Shown here: one piece after another, positions 1 to 13,215 of the stretch | Numbering within the stretch: position 1 is the first letter of the stretch | Layout: the number at the start of each line of letters is the position of its first letter | Assembly: GCF_001194135.2 (NCBI RefSeq) | Contig: NC_068982.1 | Location: 51,272,544 to 51,326,182 of the forward strand | Reading direction: 5' to 3' | Length of the DNA: 53,639 bases | Origin: Octopus bimaculoides | Taxonomy: Eukaryota | Made by a program: the position numbers and the translations under genes | Notes under the pieces: model-generated | What the model saw: the letters and a program-made list of their open reading frames with translations, nothing else | Databases searched by the model: none | What the model was told of the DNA's origin: nothing

Positions 1-200
1 GTGGCTTTCAACAGGTTGTCCCGCAGAAATCTCCAATTGTCTTCCACGTTGTATGATGCTATATCCCCTTCTATTTCGTTAAATGCTTCAAGTAACTTGT
101 CTCTAAGTCTCTGTCCGTTTGCAGGGTCTTTAAGCTTCCACACCCTTCTCCTTCAAGCCTGTCTAATTCTGGGCACCCATTTTGCCTTGATCCCAAATAT
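1..200 (-). mobile_element. Degenerate RTE-clade LINE ORF fragment (EN-RT linker region)
   Basis: Minus-strand translation gives KAKWVPRIRQA*RRRVWKLKDPANGQRLRDKLLEAFNEIEGDIASYNVEDNWRFLRDNLLKA. The WKLK...W pattern resembles the RTE linker as I recall it. It has an internal stop and runs off the window edge. Confidence 0.6.
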
Positions 201-1712
201 ATTTATATCAGTGGCAACTCTGGCACTTGGGCTGCTTGGGCTTAGCCCAAGTATAAATTTTGTAAAGTGATCTTGTATTTGCAAGCTGATTTAATTTCTG
301 CCAACACTGACTTCAAGTATGTAATTATAGTCAATAACTCGGGCTCCTTTTATTGAGCTTCGTCACAGTATATTTTATTTTTTTGTTCAGCATTTGGCAG
401 TCGTCTTAAAGGTGCCCCGTGTCAAAAAATATCATTCATAGCTGACGTTCTCTCGACTTCGTTCACACATGCCTGACTCAAGCTCTGAAGTTACAGCCTG
501 AGTTGTTATCAATAATCATAAAAATTAAAAGTAATTCAAATTTAATGTTTTCTTGAAACAATAAATTTCTATAGAGATTAGGATTTAAATTCCCAATTTA
601 TGAAAAGTTTCCGTTCTACAATATTCTTAAAGGAATGTAAAAATTATCCAGCAACTCAGACTAATACGAACAAGCCTGGTAGGTGTAAAAGACTAACTGG
701 CATCTCTTGTCAAGAATACAGGTGACAGTCAGATCACTGCTGTTTGTTGTGCACCCTGCTATTGTTATTTGATTGCTGTTATTCTGTGCATCTGTGTGTA
801 AAGATCAGTTGTGTTTTGCAGGGTTGCTTTATTTTTACCCTTAACTTAGAAATGGAGAAAGACATAGTCCTAGATATACAAAAACTAGCCATTTGGGGCT
901 AGAAATATTGCAGAAAAACCTGAAATTCTTCAAGCAGGCACGTGTCTTATGCAAAATCTGTTATGAGCCCAAGTGACGATGATGATATTAATATCATTGT
1001 CATCAACTTTGTGTGCATTTTCTATGTTCACATGGGTATGACAATTCAACAGGATTCATTGTCTCATTTTTAGTATAGCTTCTGCGGCTGGATGCACTTC
1101 CTAATGTCAACCACTTCACACAAGGTTTTGGGTGCATTTTTTCATGGCACCAATATACATTTATATATCAGATACAAATTACAAACTATTATTAAGATCT
1201 TCTTTTTTTACCTTCTACCCTTGAATGTTTCTATTTCTTAACATTAGAAAATCTGGTATCATAAATCAATGAAAGAGCATTCAATCAAATTTCATATTAA
1301 AGATCTGATATTAACATATATTACATACGTTAGCAGCACTTACAAGCATGCTACTATATGAAATCTTGATTCTGTTTTGTAAATATAGTTATTTACATTT
1401 TAGCTTATGTTTAAAATGTAAATAGCAATATCTGCACTTATATATCATCCTACTAATTTTCAGTTGATTCATTTATTTTCATTATAAATTTTCTGTACAA
1501 AATGTTTAGTTGAATTATTATATTTAAATATTTTTCATATTCCTAAGTGTTGAACATTAATACTTTTATATATTTCTATATTTCACCTCTTTTCATATTA
1601 AATTGCAACTCATTTACAGTTAATGTTATGAAGATTTTAGACATTTGGTAACCCAAAATGAATCTTATTTTTCCGTTTATTAAATATGATTATAATTTCA
1701 TCTCTTAATCAG

Positions 1713-1748
1713 GGTCCCATGGGAATGAAAGGTGCATCAGGTACTAAG
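1713..1748 (+). CDS. MACIT-type collagen, Gly-X-Y exon (GPMGMKGASGTK)
   Basis: Acceptor tcttaatcag, donor gtaaac, 36 nt, phase 0, four perfect Gly-X-Y triplets. Upstream exons lie outside the window or were not found. Confidence 0.88.
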
Positions 1749-2074
1749 GTAAACTATTTTCTATAATTTTCTTTTCATGGCATTTAAGATATAATTATAC
1801 CAATGAATTATGATTGTGTCTCTTTCATGTATATATTTTTGAAGATTTTTATTAATTATATTTCTGATATTCTTCATATTGTATTCTTTCTCAGCATATT
1901 TTAATAATAAATTAAGAAACAGAACCGTAAAACAAAAGTCCTGTTTATTTTTAGCTGAGAGATACAAAAATTTACATTCTAAAAAAATCACACTGTAAAT
2001 ATTGATTTTGCACATTCAGATTTTCTAACCTTTCAATTGCATGTTTATCGTTTATTTGCCATATATATTATCAG

Positions 2075-2119
2075 GGAGAAAAAGGAGAGAAAGGTGACTA
2101 TGGACCAATGGGATTACCA
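2075..2119 (+). CDS. MACIT-type collagen, Gly-X-Y exon (GEKGEKGDYGPMGLP)
   Basis: Acceptor attatcag, donor gtaagt, 45 nt, phase 0, five Gly-X-Y triplets. Confidence 0.92.
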
Positions 2120-2367
2120 GTAAGTTCTGAAGATGCATGCACTGTCAACTGGATGTATTCAATGGAATCTAATAAAATAATTTTCTTTCTCTTTGTGATT
2201 ATTTGTAAAATCTATTCTATAATCCTTCTTATATTCTGTTATATGAGTATTGTTTTTGCTTGTTTATTGTAGCTTCTGTTATTCTATGTACTTGTCACTT
2301 TATGTAAACTTTCTATTTCTATCAAACTCCATTTTATTCTCTGTTCACACATATAGCCTCTCTTCCA

Positions 2368-2430
2368 TTCTCTTTCCCTCACTCTCTCTCTCTCTCTTTC
2401 TTTCCATCTCTCTCTTTCTCTCTCTCTCCA

Positions 2431-2477
<47 letters not shown>

Positions 2478-2489
2478 GTGTGTGTGTAT

Positions 2490-2542
<53 letters not shown>

Positions 2543-2548
2543 TATATA
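2368..2548. repeat. Compound (CT)n-(TA)n-(TG)n microsatellite
   Basis: Directly visible. It explains the ORFs at 2250 and 2345. Confidence 0.95.
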
Positions 2549-3794
2549 ATGTTTATTTTGGAGCATGTTAATATATGTGTGTGTACATTTCTTATTCATT
2601 TGTGTTTAAGACCTCTGGTAAAGTAACACAGGCAGACAGAATAAAATTATTGTCCTATTTCTGATTTAATACTAAGCCTTATAAGTAGTTTCCTCTATAT
2701 ATAATACACCAAATGCATCTGTATTTGCATAAGATCCTAAGTAACTTTGCTCGACTCTTAAAACTGGTCATGTGATATCTCATGCAAACTAAATGTATAA
2801 AATGAATTTTAGGACTTGAAGGATTTTGAACAAATATAGTTATTAGAATTGGGAAGCTAACATGGTTCTGTTCTAGCATAAATTGTTTAGAAAATACTTA
2901 ATACCAAAGTGATTTCGCAACAATGTAGAATCTGATACCAGTATAAGTGATACTTGCCTTGAGCTCTTTCAATCTGCAGTGTATTAGACAAGTTATTGTA
3001 AATACGTTTTGATATCATAATTAAATAACTCCCCCAAACACTATGTATTTTATATTATTTCACAAATAATTTTCCTCTTAATTTTTTGCATCTTTCTATA
3101 TATAACATAATTATTCATCTTCAAGTGTTATGTCCAATTACTTAACATTTGATTTAACTTCATCTCTATTTTTAGAATCTAGTATTCTTATGTAAATTTG
3201 CTTAAGATATTTTTTGTAGCCTAAAATATTCAATCTGACTTTCATCCAATATTTCAACAGTTCAAATGTTATGAATACTTGAGTTTCAGTTTATAATTTT
3301 CAGTTCCTTGAATTTGAATTTATTGCCTTCAGATATTAGCATTTATTCAGATAAAATGCATCTAGATTAAGAGAAATATACAGCATAAATTTAACTATAT
3401 GAACTTAAAAAATATATATATGGAGTCGATTAACAATTTATCTAAGAAGTTATTTTAAAATATACAAAAACAGTACATTTCTTTACCTAGTTCTATACAA
3501 TTTTCTTATAATCATGCATGCAAATATTATTCCATATCTAGCTAAGGAAAATAACTTTCTTCTGGTTATATTTTCTCTAAATGCGAGACAGTTGATTCAG
3601 TTTTAAAATCTCTTTTTGATAAAAGTAGATGATTTCAGTCTTGGAAATGAACAAATACAATTCATTTTTACTAGTTTATTCATTTCATACAACAATTTAT
3701 ATAAATTTTTATCTTAATAAATTCATTGGCATGCTATTATTTATATATAGTTACACTTTTGGATACATTCAATGTTGCATGTAATTTCTTATTA

Positions 3795-3800
3795 ATGATG

Positions 3801-3863
<63 letters not shown>
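3795..3863. repeat. (AAT)n microsatellite
   Basis: About 20 perfect ATA/AAT units. It explains the poly-Ile ORF at 3726. Confidence 0.95.
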
Positions 3864-3865
<2 letters not shown>

Positions 3866-6479
3866 CAACTTTCATGGAATGAATAAACATTTTGTAAAAA
3901 TGTCAGCATGGAAGACAATCTGAAGATTGTCTTGCTTACTATCAGCACTGTTATGTCACTGAATATTGACTCTTTGGATGCACTTATGACTTAAACCTGG
4001 AAATAAAGTTCATTAAATCACTTCTAGGCCTTTCTTAAGTTGCAAATAACACCAGATTGTAAAGAAGACTGCAATTGAGAGGTGTGTATTGTCTAGCTTG
4101 TTACTGCAATTTCCTACTATATTCATGTACAGAGAAATTTAGTAGAGTGGGAGAAACTTCAGATTCTACTTACAAGTTTCATTTTTGAGCCGCTGATTTT
4201 CTCATATTTTCAACTTAAATGTTAAATATAAATCTTATTTCAATTTAATGACCATACAGCTATAGAATTGTATATTATCGATTCTCTAAAATTGTGTCTG
4301 ATTTAGAAATCCTTCGTGATTTTTAATAAAGATAATGGCAAAGGATCAGGTTTGACCTTTCCCTTATATCCGCAATGGCTACAGTAATTCCTCAATTATC
4401 GCGGGTGTTATGTTCCATCCCCACCCCTGAGATAGATGAAAATCCACGAAGTAAAAACAGTATGTTTTTGCGGGGGTTTTTTTTTTTGTAATTTGTGTAT
4501 ATATTTTTTTATTATAAAGGCAAAACAACACCACAGAGGAATTGATGTAAGCTTAAATAATAGACTACGATAGGTGAACCGTGATATGGCGAGAGATTAC
4601 TATATTTTATTTTTCTTTCTGCAAGTGTTACAGATGCTCGCAAGTAATTATAATCCTCTAATGAAGAGAGCTCCAAAAGTTTATTGTAGAAAAATCCGAT
4701 ACAAGCATCAGCATGGTTCAGTAATTTTTTTCTACTGCAGGTTTTCTCACTTGTTCTAAATGCCTATTTTTGTCTGCAGTTTACTTTTATTTTTTTCTGA
4801 CCTTTACTTACTGGGTCTTCACAGCTGTTAATTTTCTTAATTCACATAATTCTTTGTGTCTCCCTCAGTGCTAAAGAATGATAAATGTTCAGTTTGAAGC
4901 AAATGAAATATGTATTTTATCTATTATTTTCTTTTTGTAAAAGAATGGGAAATTTCAAGGAACATAACTCTAATTCGCCTTGAGAAGAGTTGTGTTTCTT
5001 GATTATAACTACAAGCTAATTTTTATGAAACTCCCAGGAAAATATTTTTATTGATTCAAGCGTTTGTTTTATGGTTATAAGAACAACTCTTATTGATTCT
5101 TTAATTATTAGCTTCATATTCTACTGTCACCAAATAAATAGATCATTTCTTTTTATGCAATTCTAGCTATAAGTGGTTCATTTATGATAAAAGCCAACAA
5201 TGACAATTTATATACTTCTGATAAAATTTCCAAATTTTATTATAAAGATTTAAAGACTGATTGCCTTCATTGATAAAATCAATATTTCATATTTAAACGT
5301 TAAAATTTTATAGATTTCTGTGTTTTCTGTTTGTATTTTTTATTACAATATTTTTTTTTATGTTCATTTAAAATAATATACATTTGCAACATTTGTTTAT
5401 CAAGTAATATTTAATTTTTGTTAAGGTAAACACCTGAAAAATTAATTTTGTTACACTTAAGAATATCCATCATTAATAGTAGAATAGGACTTAGTATTAT
5501 AAAATTTTATATTTGAGTTAATGTTGTGTATGTGTGTGTGTGTGTGTAATCTTCCATCCTTTATGAGCTGGACAGTCATGCTCTAGTGTCTGCTTTGGTA
5601 TGGTTTCTATTGCTGGATGCCCTTCTTAATGCTTACCACTTCACAGAGTATGCCAGGTGCTTTTCATAGCACCAGCACTAATGAGGTTGCCTTTCAATTC
5701 ACAAGGTGAAGATATATATCACACAAAGACACACATGTACATATACACATGTACTCATGTGTGTATGTGTATAAATATATATTTATATATGTATATGTGT
5801 GGTGTGTTTATATATGTATATTTCACTATGACCATCATATCAACATCTCATTAGACACTCTTCCATGCTTGTATGCAAAAAGTTTTCTGTGACCAGATGT
5901 TCTTCATATTTTCAACTTTTTTCACCTGTTTGCAAGCAAGGTAATATTTCCCCTAGTTAGTTTGATACAACATTGAAATGGTTGAGCATGTTTTCACAGC
6001 AGATTGCAAATTGACACTATTTGTATAACACAATAAGCAGTGTCAAGACGAGGTTGAACGAACACACGTGCATACATATATATGGGTTTCTATCTATTTC
6101 CAATTACCATATCAATTTATAAGGCTTTGGTCAACCCAAACTATAGAAAATGACACTTGCCCAAAGTACCATGCAGTGGGACTCTTGGCTAGGAACTTCT
6201 CTTGCAGTTGTCTCAATATGATGAGAGAATCAAAGAAATGCATCTTGTCTAAGTGGGTTGTGTTCCTAACCAAGTGTGCTAAGACTTACTTTCATAACTT
6301 AGTCCATCAGTTTCATACCTTCTGAGATGCTTCTTTCTAGAGCACCTCATTTACTCCTATAACAGTTGATGATTATAATACTGCTGTGCTAGTTATTAGG
6401 TATAACATTTCCCTGTATAATTTGGTTATCTGAGGAATTTCAACCATGTTTCGTGGTCTGCTACCACAACAGCTCCTTT

Positions 6480-7700
6480 ATAGGATCCAGTTAGCTCAAG
6501 ACATCATCAGGAGGAACCACGTCCGGTTTCGGCCCCTACTCCTCTATCGTTTTGATGTGGCGGGGCCCCCCCTTTCGGAATTGTCTTCAGCTCTGGTGTT
6601 GGGTGCATGTCTCCTTTCTTCCATTCCCTGGCCTCTTCGATGCAGCATCAACGAGTGTCAGCGTCCAACTGACTGTCTTGTCAAATTCCCCTTTTTATAC
6701 CTGCAGCTAGGCTCCAGCAGGCTGCCCCAGCAAGTTGTCACGTGACACTGTCTAAATTTNNNNNNNNNNCTGTCTTGTCAAATTCCCCTTTTTATACCTG
6801 CAGCTAGGCTCCAGCAGGCTGCCCCAGCAAGTTGTCACGTGACACTGTCTAAATTTCCCGCTGCTAGGGTCCAGTAGGCAGCCCCAGCAAGTTGTCACAT
6901 GACACTGTCTAAACTACCCGCTGCTAGGCTCCAGCAAGTAGCCCCATCAAGTTGTCACATGACACTGTCTAAACTTTAACTGACAATGGAGGGCGCATAA
7001 TCTTAGCCCACACATGCTCTAACTAAGACTGTCACCTGTCAATCAGCGAAGCCACTTCAGTGTCAGCCTGTCTCACCTAGNNNNNNNNNNNNNNNNNNNN
7101 NNNNNNNNNNNNNNNNNNNNNNNNNNNNNNNNNNNNNNNNNNNNNNNNNNNNNNNNNNNNNNNNNNNNNNNNNNNNNNNNNNNNNNNNNNNNNNNNNNNN
7201 NNNNNNNNNNNNNNNNNNNNNNNNNNNNNNNNNNNNNNNNNNNNNNNNNNNNNNNNNNNNNNNNNNNNNNNNNNNNNNNNNNNNNNNNNNNNNNNNNNNN
7301 NNNNNNNNNNNNNNNNNNNNNNNNNNNNNNNNNNNTTCTCTGCACTCTTCGATTAGTTTCTCGTATCTCTTCTCCTTTCGTTTCTCTGCATTTTCGATGT
7401 TTTCTTCCCATGGTACTGTCAGTTCTAGCAAGATTCCTATTCTCTGTTCTGTGTTCCATATGACTAAGTCTGGTCTTTTTGTTGTTTTTATTAGTGGAAA
7501 AATTGCTAGACTTCCCAAATCCGTGGCCAGCTCCCAGTATCCCTTCCATCTTTCGTCTATCTCGTATATTTTATTTGGAGGCCTGACCTTATGTCCTTTT
7601 CCCTCCTTCTGGAAGTATATTTTCCTGCGTTTTTCCACTTTGGGGTACTCTCCCCTATTGTATCCCTCGATCTTATCAGTCTTTCCCTCCCCTCACCTCC
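6480..7700 (-). mobile_element. 5'-truncated non-LTR retrotransposon with restriction-like endonuclease (HERO/NeSL/R2-type), C-terminus plus 3' UTR
   Basis: The ORF 7063-7638 contains RPDLVIW...ILLELTVPWEENIENAEKRKEKRYEKL, a PD-(D/E)xK REL endonuclease motif. ELTVPWEE is typical of HERO-clade elements from memory. Stop at 7063 is followed by a GC-richer 3' UTR. It is interrupted by an N gap and the boundaries are approximate. Confidence 0.8.
6797..6975. repeat. Three 60-bp tandem repeats in the LINE 3' UTR
   Basis: The period is exactly 60 (lines 6781, 6841 and 6901 align). Each unit contains tgtcac(g/a)tgaca. Confidence 0.9.
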
Positions 7701-8329
7701 TTACTACATGATCTGTCCATTACTTCATATCTACATATCCCTGTCTCATACATTCTTCATTCCACCTCTTCATCCCTCTCTTTAGTCTTCTTCCAGACCC
7801 TTCCAATCCATCAAGGATAGCTCTAAGCAGAATCACTATAAACCCTGGATACTTTAGTCCTGAAGACAACCTCTGTAGCACTGGTAACACAAAAAAGTGC
7901 ATCTAGTCCATATCGTAGAGTGGTTGATGATAGAAAAAGCATCTAGCTAAATTCATGAACACTCCAATGCAATGATGTGTGTGTGTGTGTACATATATGT
8001 TTAAACTGAGGAATAGATATAATCAATTTCATCATTTAATTTTGCATTAGTGAATGGTTGTATTTTACTAATTATGTGTCTGATTTTTGTTTTATTTGTT
8101 TTATGTAAGTATTTACCATTTAAAGACTATAATGAAGTAGCCCAACTAATCTTTCTTATTAACACACACAAAAAAAAACACTGATTCTAACCTGCATTTT
8201 ATTTTTTCCAATACTAATTTTAATCATTATTGAAATTTCATACATTGATTTTAGAATTTGTTTTCATTGTTTAGTATTACTCAATTTTGGCTTTGTATAT
8301 ATATCTCTCTCTCTCCTCTCTCTCTCTCA

Positions 8330-8380
<51 letters not shown>

Positions 8381-8660
8381 GAAATTAAACTCAGAATTTT
8401 TTTTTGCATATTAAGTTTGATAACTTTTTTAATGGTTACGTATATCTCAGATTTACTTACATCCATTTTGTTATTTTATTAAACTTACTTTTTATCATAA
8501 ATAGTTTAAACTGTAACTTTACAATTTTATTAACAAAGAAAATATTGATTTAAATATGTAATGCTGTGAACAAAATATATAACAAAATATTAAATCTAAT
8601 ATGTAACAATAAAAAAGAAAAATCATTCAAATGACTAAATTACTATTTCTATCCTTACAG

Positions 8661-8756
8661 GGTCCTCCTGGTCCAGCAGGTATCCCTGGATTTGCTAAAG
8701 ATGGAGCTCCTATATGTGCTTGCACTAAAGGAGAAAAAGGAGACCAGGGCAAGCCT
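8661..8756 (+). CDS. MACIT-type collagen exon with non-collagenous CxC interruption (GPPGPAGIPGFAKDGAPICACTKGEKGDQGKP)
   Basis: Acceptor atccttacag, donor gtatgt, 96 nt, phase 0. Confidence 0.93.
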
Positions 8757-9229
8757 GTATGTAGATTTCCACCCAATTTATAATTTTGTGTAATTGCTTG
8801 TTTTTATGTGCTAATTAACTGTTATTGGTGTAAGAGTCAATTTTGATTTTGTTCATCAATTATACATTAATTTAAATGTGAGTTGTACAGAAACTAATGC
8901 TAAAATAAACAGCTTTTTTTTATTTAGTGGAATACATCATCTAAATTACACTCGTTGGTAGAGTACCTCTTCCTCTATAGTAAGTCTTCTTCCTGTTCTT
9001 CATTGCTGGCAAATAATGAATTCTAAGCAGAAGCAACCTGTTATCATTAGTTGTTGATAAGGGAGGGGTGCAGGCTCTCCAACCTCCACAGAAGGTTACA
9101 GATTGTATACAGAGATGGTGCTGTTGACAAAAAACAAAGTACATAGATGGACAAAGTTGAAAGAAAAGGAATATGCAGTGTGAGAACATCAGCTGCAGTC
9201 ACTGACATGAATTGCTGGTGAGTGGAAAT

Positions 9230-9910
9230 ATTGATTTGAGCTAAAAGACAAGTCACAATCTGTGAACTTGAGGCACAACCCTGGGTTCAGTCTACAATGC
9301 ATTATAGAAGATGATGGAAGACTTTGGATATTGGAAAGTGTGTGTGAAGTGGGCATCTTGGCTGTTGACAGTTTGAAGGAGAGAACAATGAAAAGTCTAC
9401 TTTGATCTGCTGGAAGTGTTGGAATCCAATGAAGCTATTTTTTTTTCTGATCTTATGACAGGGGATGAAACATGGGCAGATCTTTATAATCTGGAATCAA
9501 AGGCTCATTCCATAGTATGGTATCAAATCTTTTCTCCAAGGCCTAAGAAGTTAAAAGAGCCAGTGACCAAAGCAGAAAGTCATAGTGGTTGTATTTTGGA
9601 ATGACACAATCATCCTCCTTGATTTTTTGAAATGTCAAAGTACCAAGAACAATGCATTAAGATAGTCAAAATGCTTAGAGCAACCATTAAAAAGAAGAGA
9701 CCAAATATGAATCTGAAAATGATCCTAGTTCACCATGGCAATGCATCACCACACACATCTTTAACAATAAATCAGGCAGTCAGCAAATTAATCCCCCATG
9801 TAGACCTGATCTGGTAGTCTCCAACTTCTACTTCTTTGGTCTAATGAAGGATAATCTTCAGGGACAGTGTTTTGACAACACAGATATGGTGAAAATGATG
9901 GTGAAGAAGT
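9230..9910 (+). mobile_element. Mariner (DD34D-type) transposase relic
   Basis: Frameshifted fragments LMTGDETWADLY (DETW motif), ILVHHGNASPHT (HDNAxPH-like) and a degenerate PDL...FYFFGLMK region (YSPDLAPSD-like). Boundaries are approximate. Confidence 0.8.
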
Positions 9911-11142
9911 GAAGACTATGTCAATTAAGTAACACCTGTATGGAGGAAGAATTACCCTACTAACATGCACAATTTGAATGACTTATATCAGTTGTTACAA
10001 AAGTTATTCCCAATTTTGCATTATTTTTTATCCAACTCTTGTGTAAATGTATAGTACCTTGATATCCTTATTTTCAAATATGTTAACTATTTGTTATTCC
10101 TAATCAATATACCATTCTTCTTAAATGCATTTCTACTACTTATCGAAATCATTTTGTTGGAATTCAATATCCATCAAGTAATTTCTTTCCAGTGTTCCCT
10201 CATTTGTCCTCATTTTCATCTGATGTGCGTGTCTAATAATCTGAATTAAGCTGTCATCACAATTGTCTTTCATATTCTCAAGAAATAATTTCATTACACT
10301 CTAGTAATTTAGAGAACTGCCTATCTCAGAGTAATATTTAATCTTTGTGAACATGAAAGAAATTATTAAAAATCAAAAATAAATTTCTTATACAACACCT
10401 TGTCATAAAATTTGATTTTAGTGATGCTATGCCAAACTTAGTCACTGCCTATGAATTGACAGAAACTTTGTTGGAATCTAACCTAATTTTAGAGATATGC
10501 TGAAACATTAAACACAGTTTAGTAGTAAAAGTATATTTACTACTGTTAAATGTATCCATTATTTTTTAAAACAATTCTTACTAGTTCCTTGTTTTATTAT
10601 TTCTACATCATTAGCACTTATACAGGATTAATCTACAATTAATCCTAATATTCTACTTGTAATGAGATCAATATTAATAGTATAAATTTGGAAATGATAG
10701 TAATTGAAGTATTTAAATATAATTCCATTTGATTTACTGTCCTTTTTCTTTGCCACTAAAGAACATTTAAATATGATTTAATAAAATAATAATTGTTCAA
10801 CTGTAGGTTCCTTGCTACATACAACAATATTAAAAAAATACATTATATTCATTTAATTAAGGCAGTGGATAGCAAAATTCTTAGAGCAGTATTTAGTTAC
10901 ATCACTTTACTACATTTTCAATTCAAAATTCCATCAAGGTCAACTTCATTTTTCATTCTTCTTGGATTCATAAAATAACGGCCATTCAGGCACTAGAATT
11001 GATTTAATCAACTGCATTCATACCCACCAAGTTTGTGGCCTTGTATTATACTAGAAATTAAAATTCATTTAATTAAAAGGAAGACATTTTATAACATTTG
11101 TAATATGGCTTGTAAGATTTTCTTTTCCATTCTTTATTGCAG

Positions 11143-11178
11143 GGAATAAATGGACTCAATGGCCCTCTGGGATTACGA
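11143..11178 (+). CDS. MACIT-type collagen, Gly-X-Y exon (GINGLNGPLGLR)
   Basis: Acceptor ctttattgcag, donor gtaaga, 36 nt, phase 0. Confidence 0.9.
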
Positions 11179-11939
11179 GTAAGAAAATTTCATGTTATAA
11201 TTAATTGTTTTCTATTATGCAATTAAGTGACCAGATTGGTCTTCATATAACCTCTACAACTGAGACTAAATATTGTGAAATTGTTACCTCATTTCTATAC
11301 TCAAATTAGTTGCATTTTACATTTTGTTTTATTTGTGAAACTCAACAAAATACAAACTCCACTGACTGACAATTTGACTACTTAGCAATAAGAAAGACGT
11401 CCGACTCTAAAATCCATCCAACAATAAAATTACTGTTGATAAATATAAATCACTAAAAAATACTGAGTTCTCACATTTTCATTCCTTTTTGTTTGCTTTC
11501 TTCACACAAACACACACTCACATCTGTGTGTGTCATAAACACACACATCTCTGTTAGTGTGTGTGTGTGTGTGTCTCTGTTTCTATTGATAAATAGACAA
11601 CCATACAGATATGAAAGAAACTCTGTTCAAAATTGTAAACATATTTTCCAGTCATTTTTTTTTTTTTTCCTATTCATCTTTTATTACAATAAGTATGACA
11701 ATTATTTTCTGAAATAAAGCAAAATAGGTAGTAAAGTATCCAAGAAATTCATATATCTTTATTTAATGATAATGAAGAATTTCTTTTGTTGCAAAAGATG
11801 TACATTTCAATTCTAGATCATTGTATACTTTTGAAATTCTTGCATTACATGTACTTACAGGTTTTCCTGTTAATCACATAAGTGTTAATGCTAGCAATAT
11901 AACAAGACTTCATTATCATGTGTCATACTCTGTTAGAGC

Positions 11940-12200
11940 CATGGTGATCACTTTCTTCCAATGATCTATTGACAGTCAAATTTCTTCATTTCTGATGATG
12001 AGGCTGGTCCACTTCTTGATGTTATTGTTTAGGTTATCTTCTGCTAATCTCAGGAGAGAATTCCTACCACATTACCTCCTCATACATTATTCCAGCATAT
12101 CATCAAGTTCTTGAGATATGTTCAAAATAGCAAAGTTATCCTTTGGATAAGTGTTCACAGAAGTATTGCTTTCATGGCAATCTTTTCTAGTATGAAATTT
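11940..12200 (-). mobile_element. Highly degenerate RTE-like LINE 3' end
   Basis: Minus strand gives NNIKKWTSL...DHWKKVI, resembling the end of RTE ORFs (DNIKEWTGL...W). Many stops. Confidence 0.4.
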
Positions 12201-12599
12201 TTGGATCTCCTTTAAATGTACACCATCAGGATTTGCCTGCATGTTCACATCTCAAATACTATCAACTAGTTTTCATCAGTTGTTTCTAGGGTTCATATGG
12301 ACGTGTGTGTGTGCATAAGAGAGAGAATGAGTGAGTGAAGGTGTGTGTTGTCATGTATGTGCAAGTGGCACTCACTCAGCCTCTTTCCCTCTCTCACACA
12401 CAAGCACACATCTTACAGATACACATAAATAAATACATATGCATACATCTTTTTTTTGTATATATGTGTGCATGTGCATGTGAGAGAAAGAGTAGGTGAC
12501 TGTATTTCATCATAACATATAGAGAAATGGATGTCATTTAAGATACACACTCATATAGAAAATGTGACGTCATCATCATGGTATAAAATGTTTACGTTA

Positions 12600-12852
12600 G
12601 TTGACTTATAGAAAAGATTATAATGTAAAATTTGCATAATGCAACACTTTTACACCCCTCTCATTTTATCATGTAATAGCCCAACCCCCATAGTTGGCCC
12701 ATTATCAAATTTTATTGAAGTCCAATTGGCCTATAATTGAACTGGGTGTTAGTTCAACATGTATACAAAGTTTGGTGAAGATTGGTTTCCTGGTTTGGGC
12801 AGCAAGATTGTAACAGACAGACAGAAATTACCATTTATATATAAGATTAGAA
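12600..12852 (+). mobile_element. Probable non-autonomous Helentron/HINE-like element end
   Basis: Ends in aagtttggtgaagattgg...acagacagacagaaattaccatttatatataagatt, a terminal layout typical of HINE/DINE-like elements as I recall it. Confidence 0.45.
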
Positions 12853-13215
12853 TTAGTTTGGTTTACTTATTTGTTGTAAATGCTGCTTTTAGTCTGTCTT
12901 TTGCTTACATGTTCTGTATTGTTCTCTCTTTCATGATTCAACAAAGGTAACCAAAAATATTTTGCTTTTTGACATATATTTTGTATTAATTTATGAATGA
13001 TATTTCAGTCACTCATTTTCAATTGGTTAGAAGTATACAATAAACATTTCACAGTGGAATTGAACCAGTGAGTGTGTTAGATATTGAGACAGTATGACTC
13101 TCCCCAGACACAATAAAATTTCACAATTTATATCTATTTAAAGAAAAAAATAGACTTTCTATATTCATATTCAATATTACCCTTTATCAAAAATAATCTA
13201 CAATATTCCATTTAT

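Noticed and set aside
2250-2599. YIYI, CVCV, SLSL, poly-I and poly-L ORFs throughout the track
   Set aside because: They are translations of (TA)n, (TG)n, (CT)n and (AAT)n microsatellites.
6673-6856. Exact 87-bp duplication on both sides of a 10-N gap
   Set aside because: The copies are identical and abut a minimal gap, which is the signature of an unmerged contig overlap. It is not counted as a fourth repeat unit.
6797-6975. 60-bp repeats as a CRISPR array
   Set aside because: There are no unique spacers (whole units repeat), no cas genes, and the context is a eukaryotic LINE 3' UTR.
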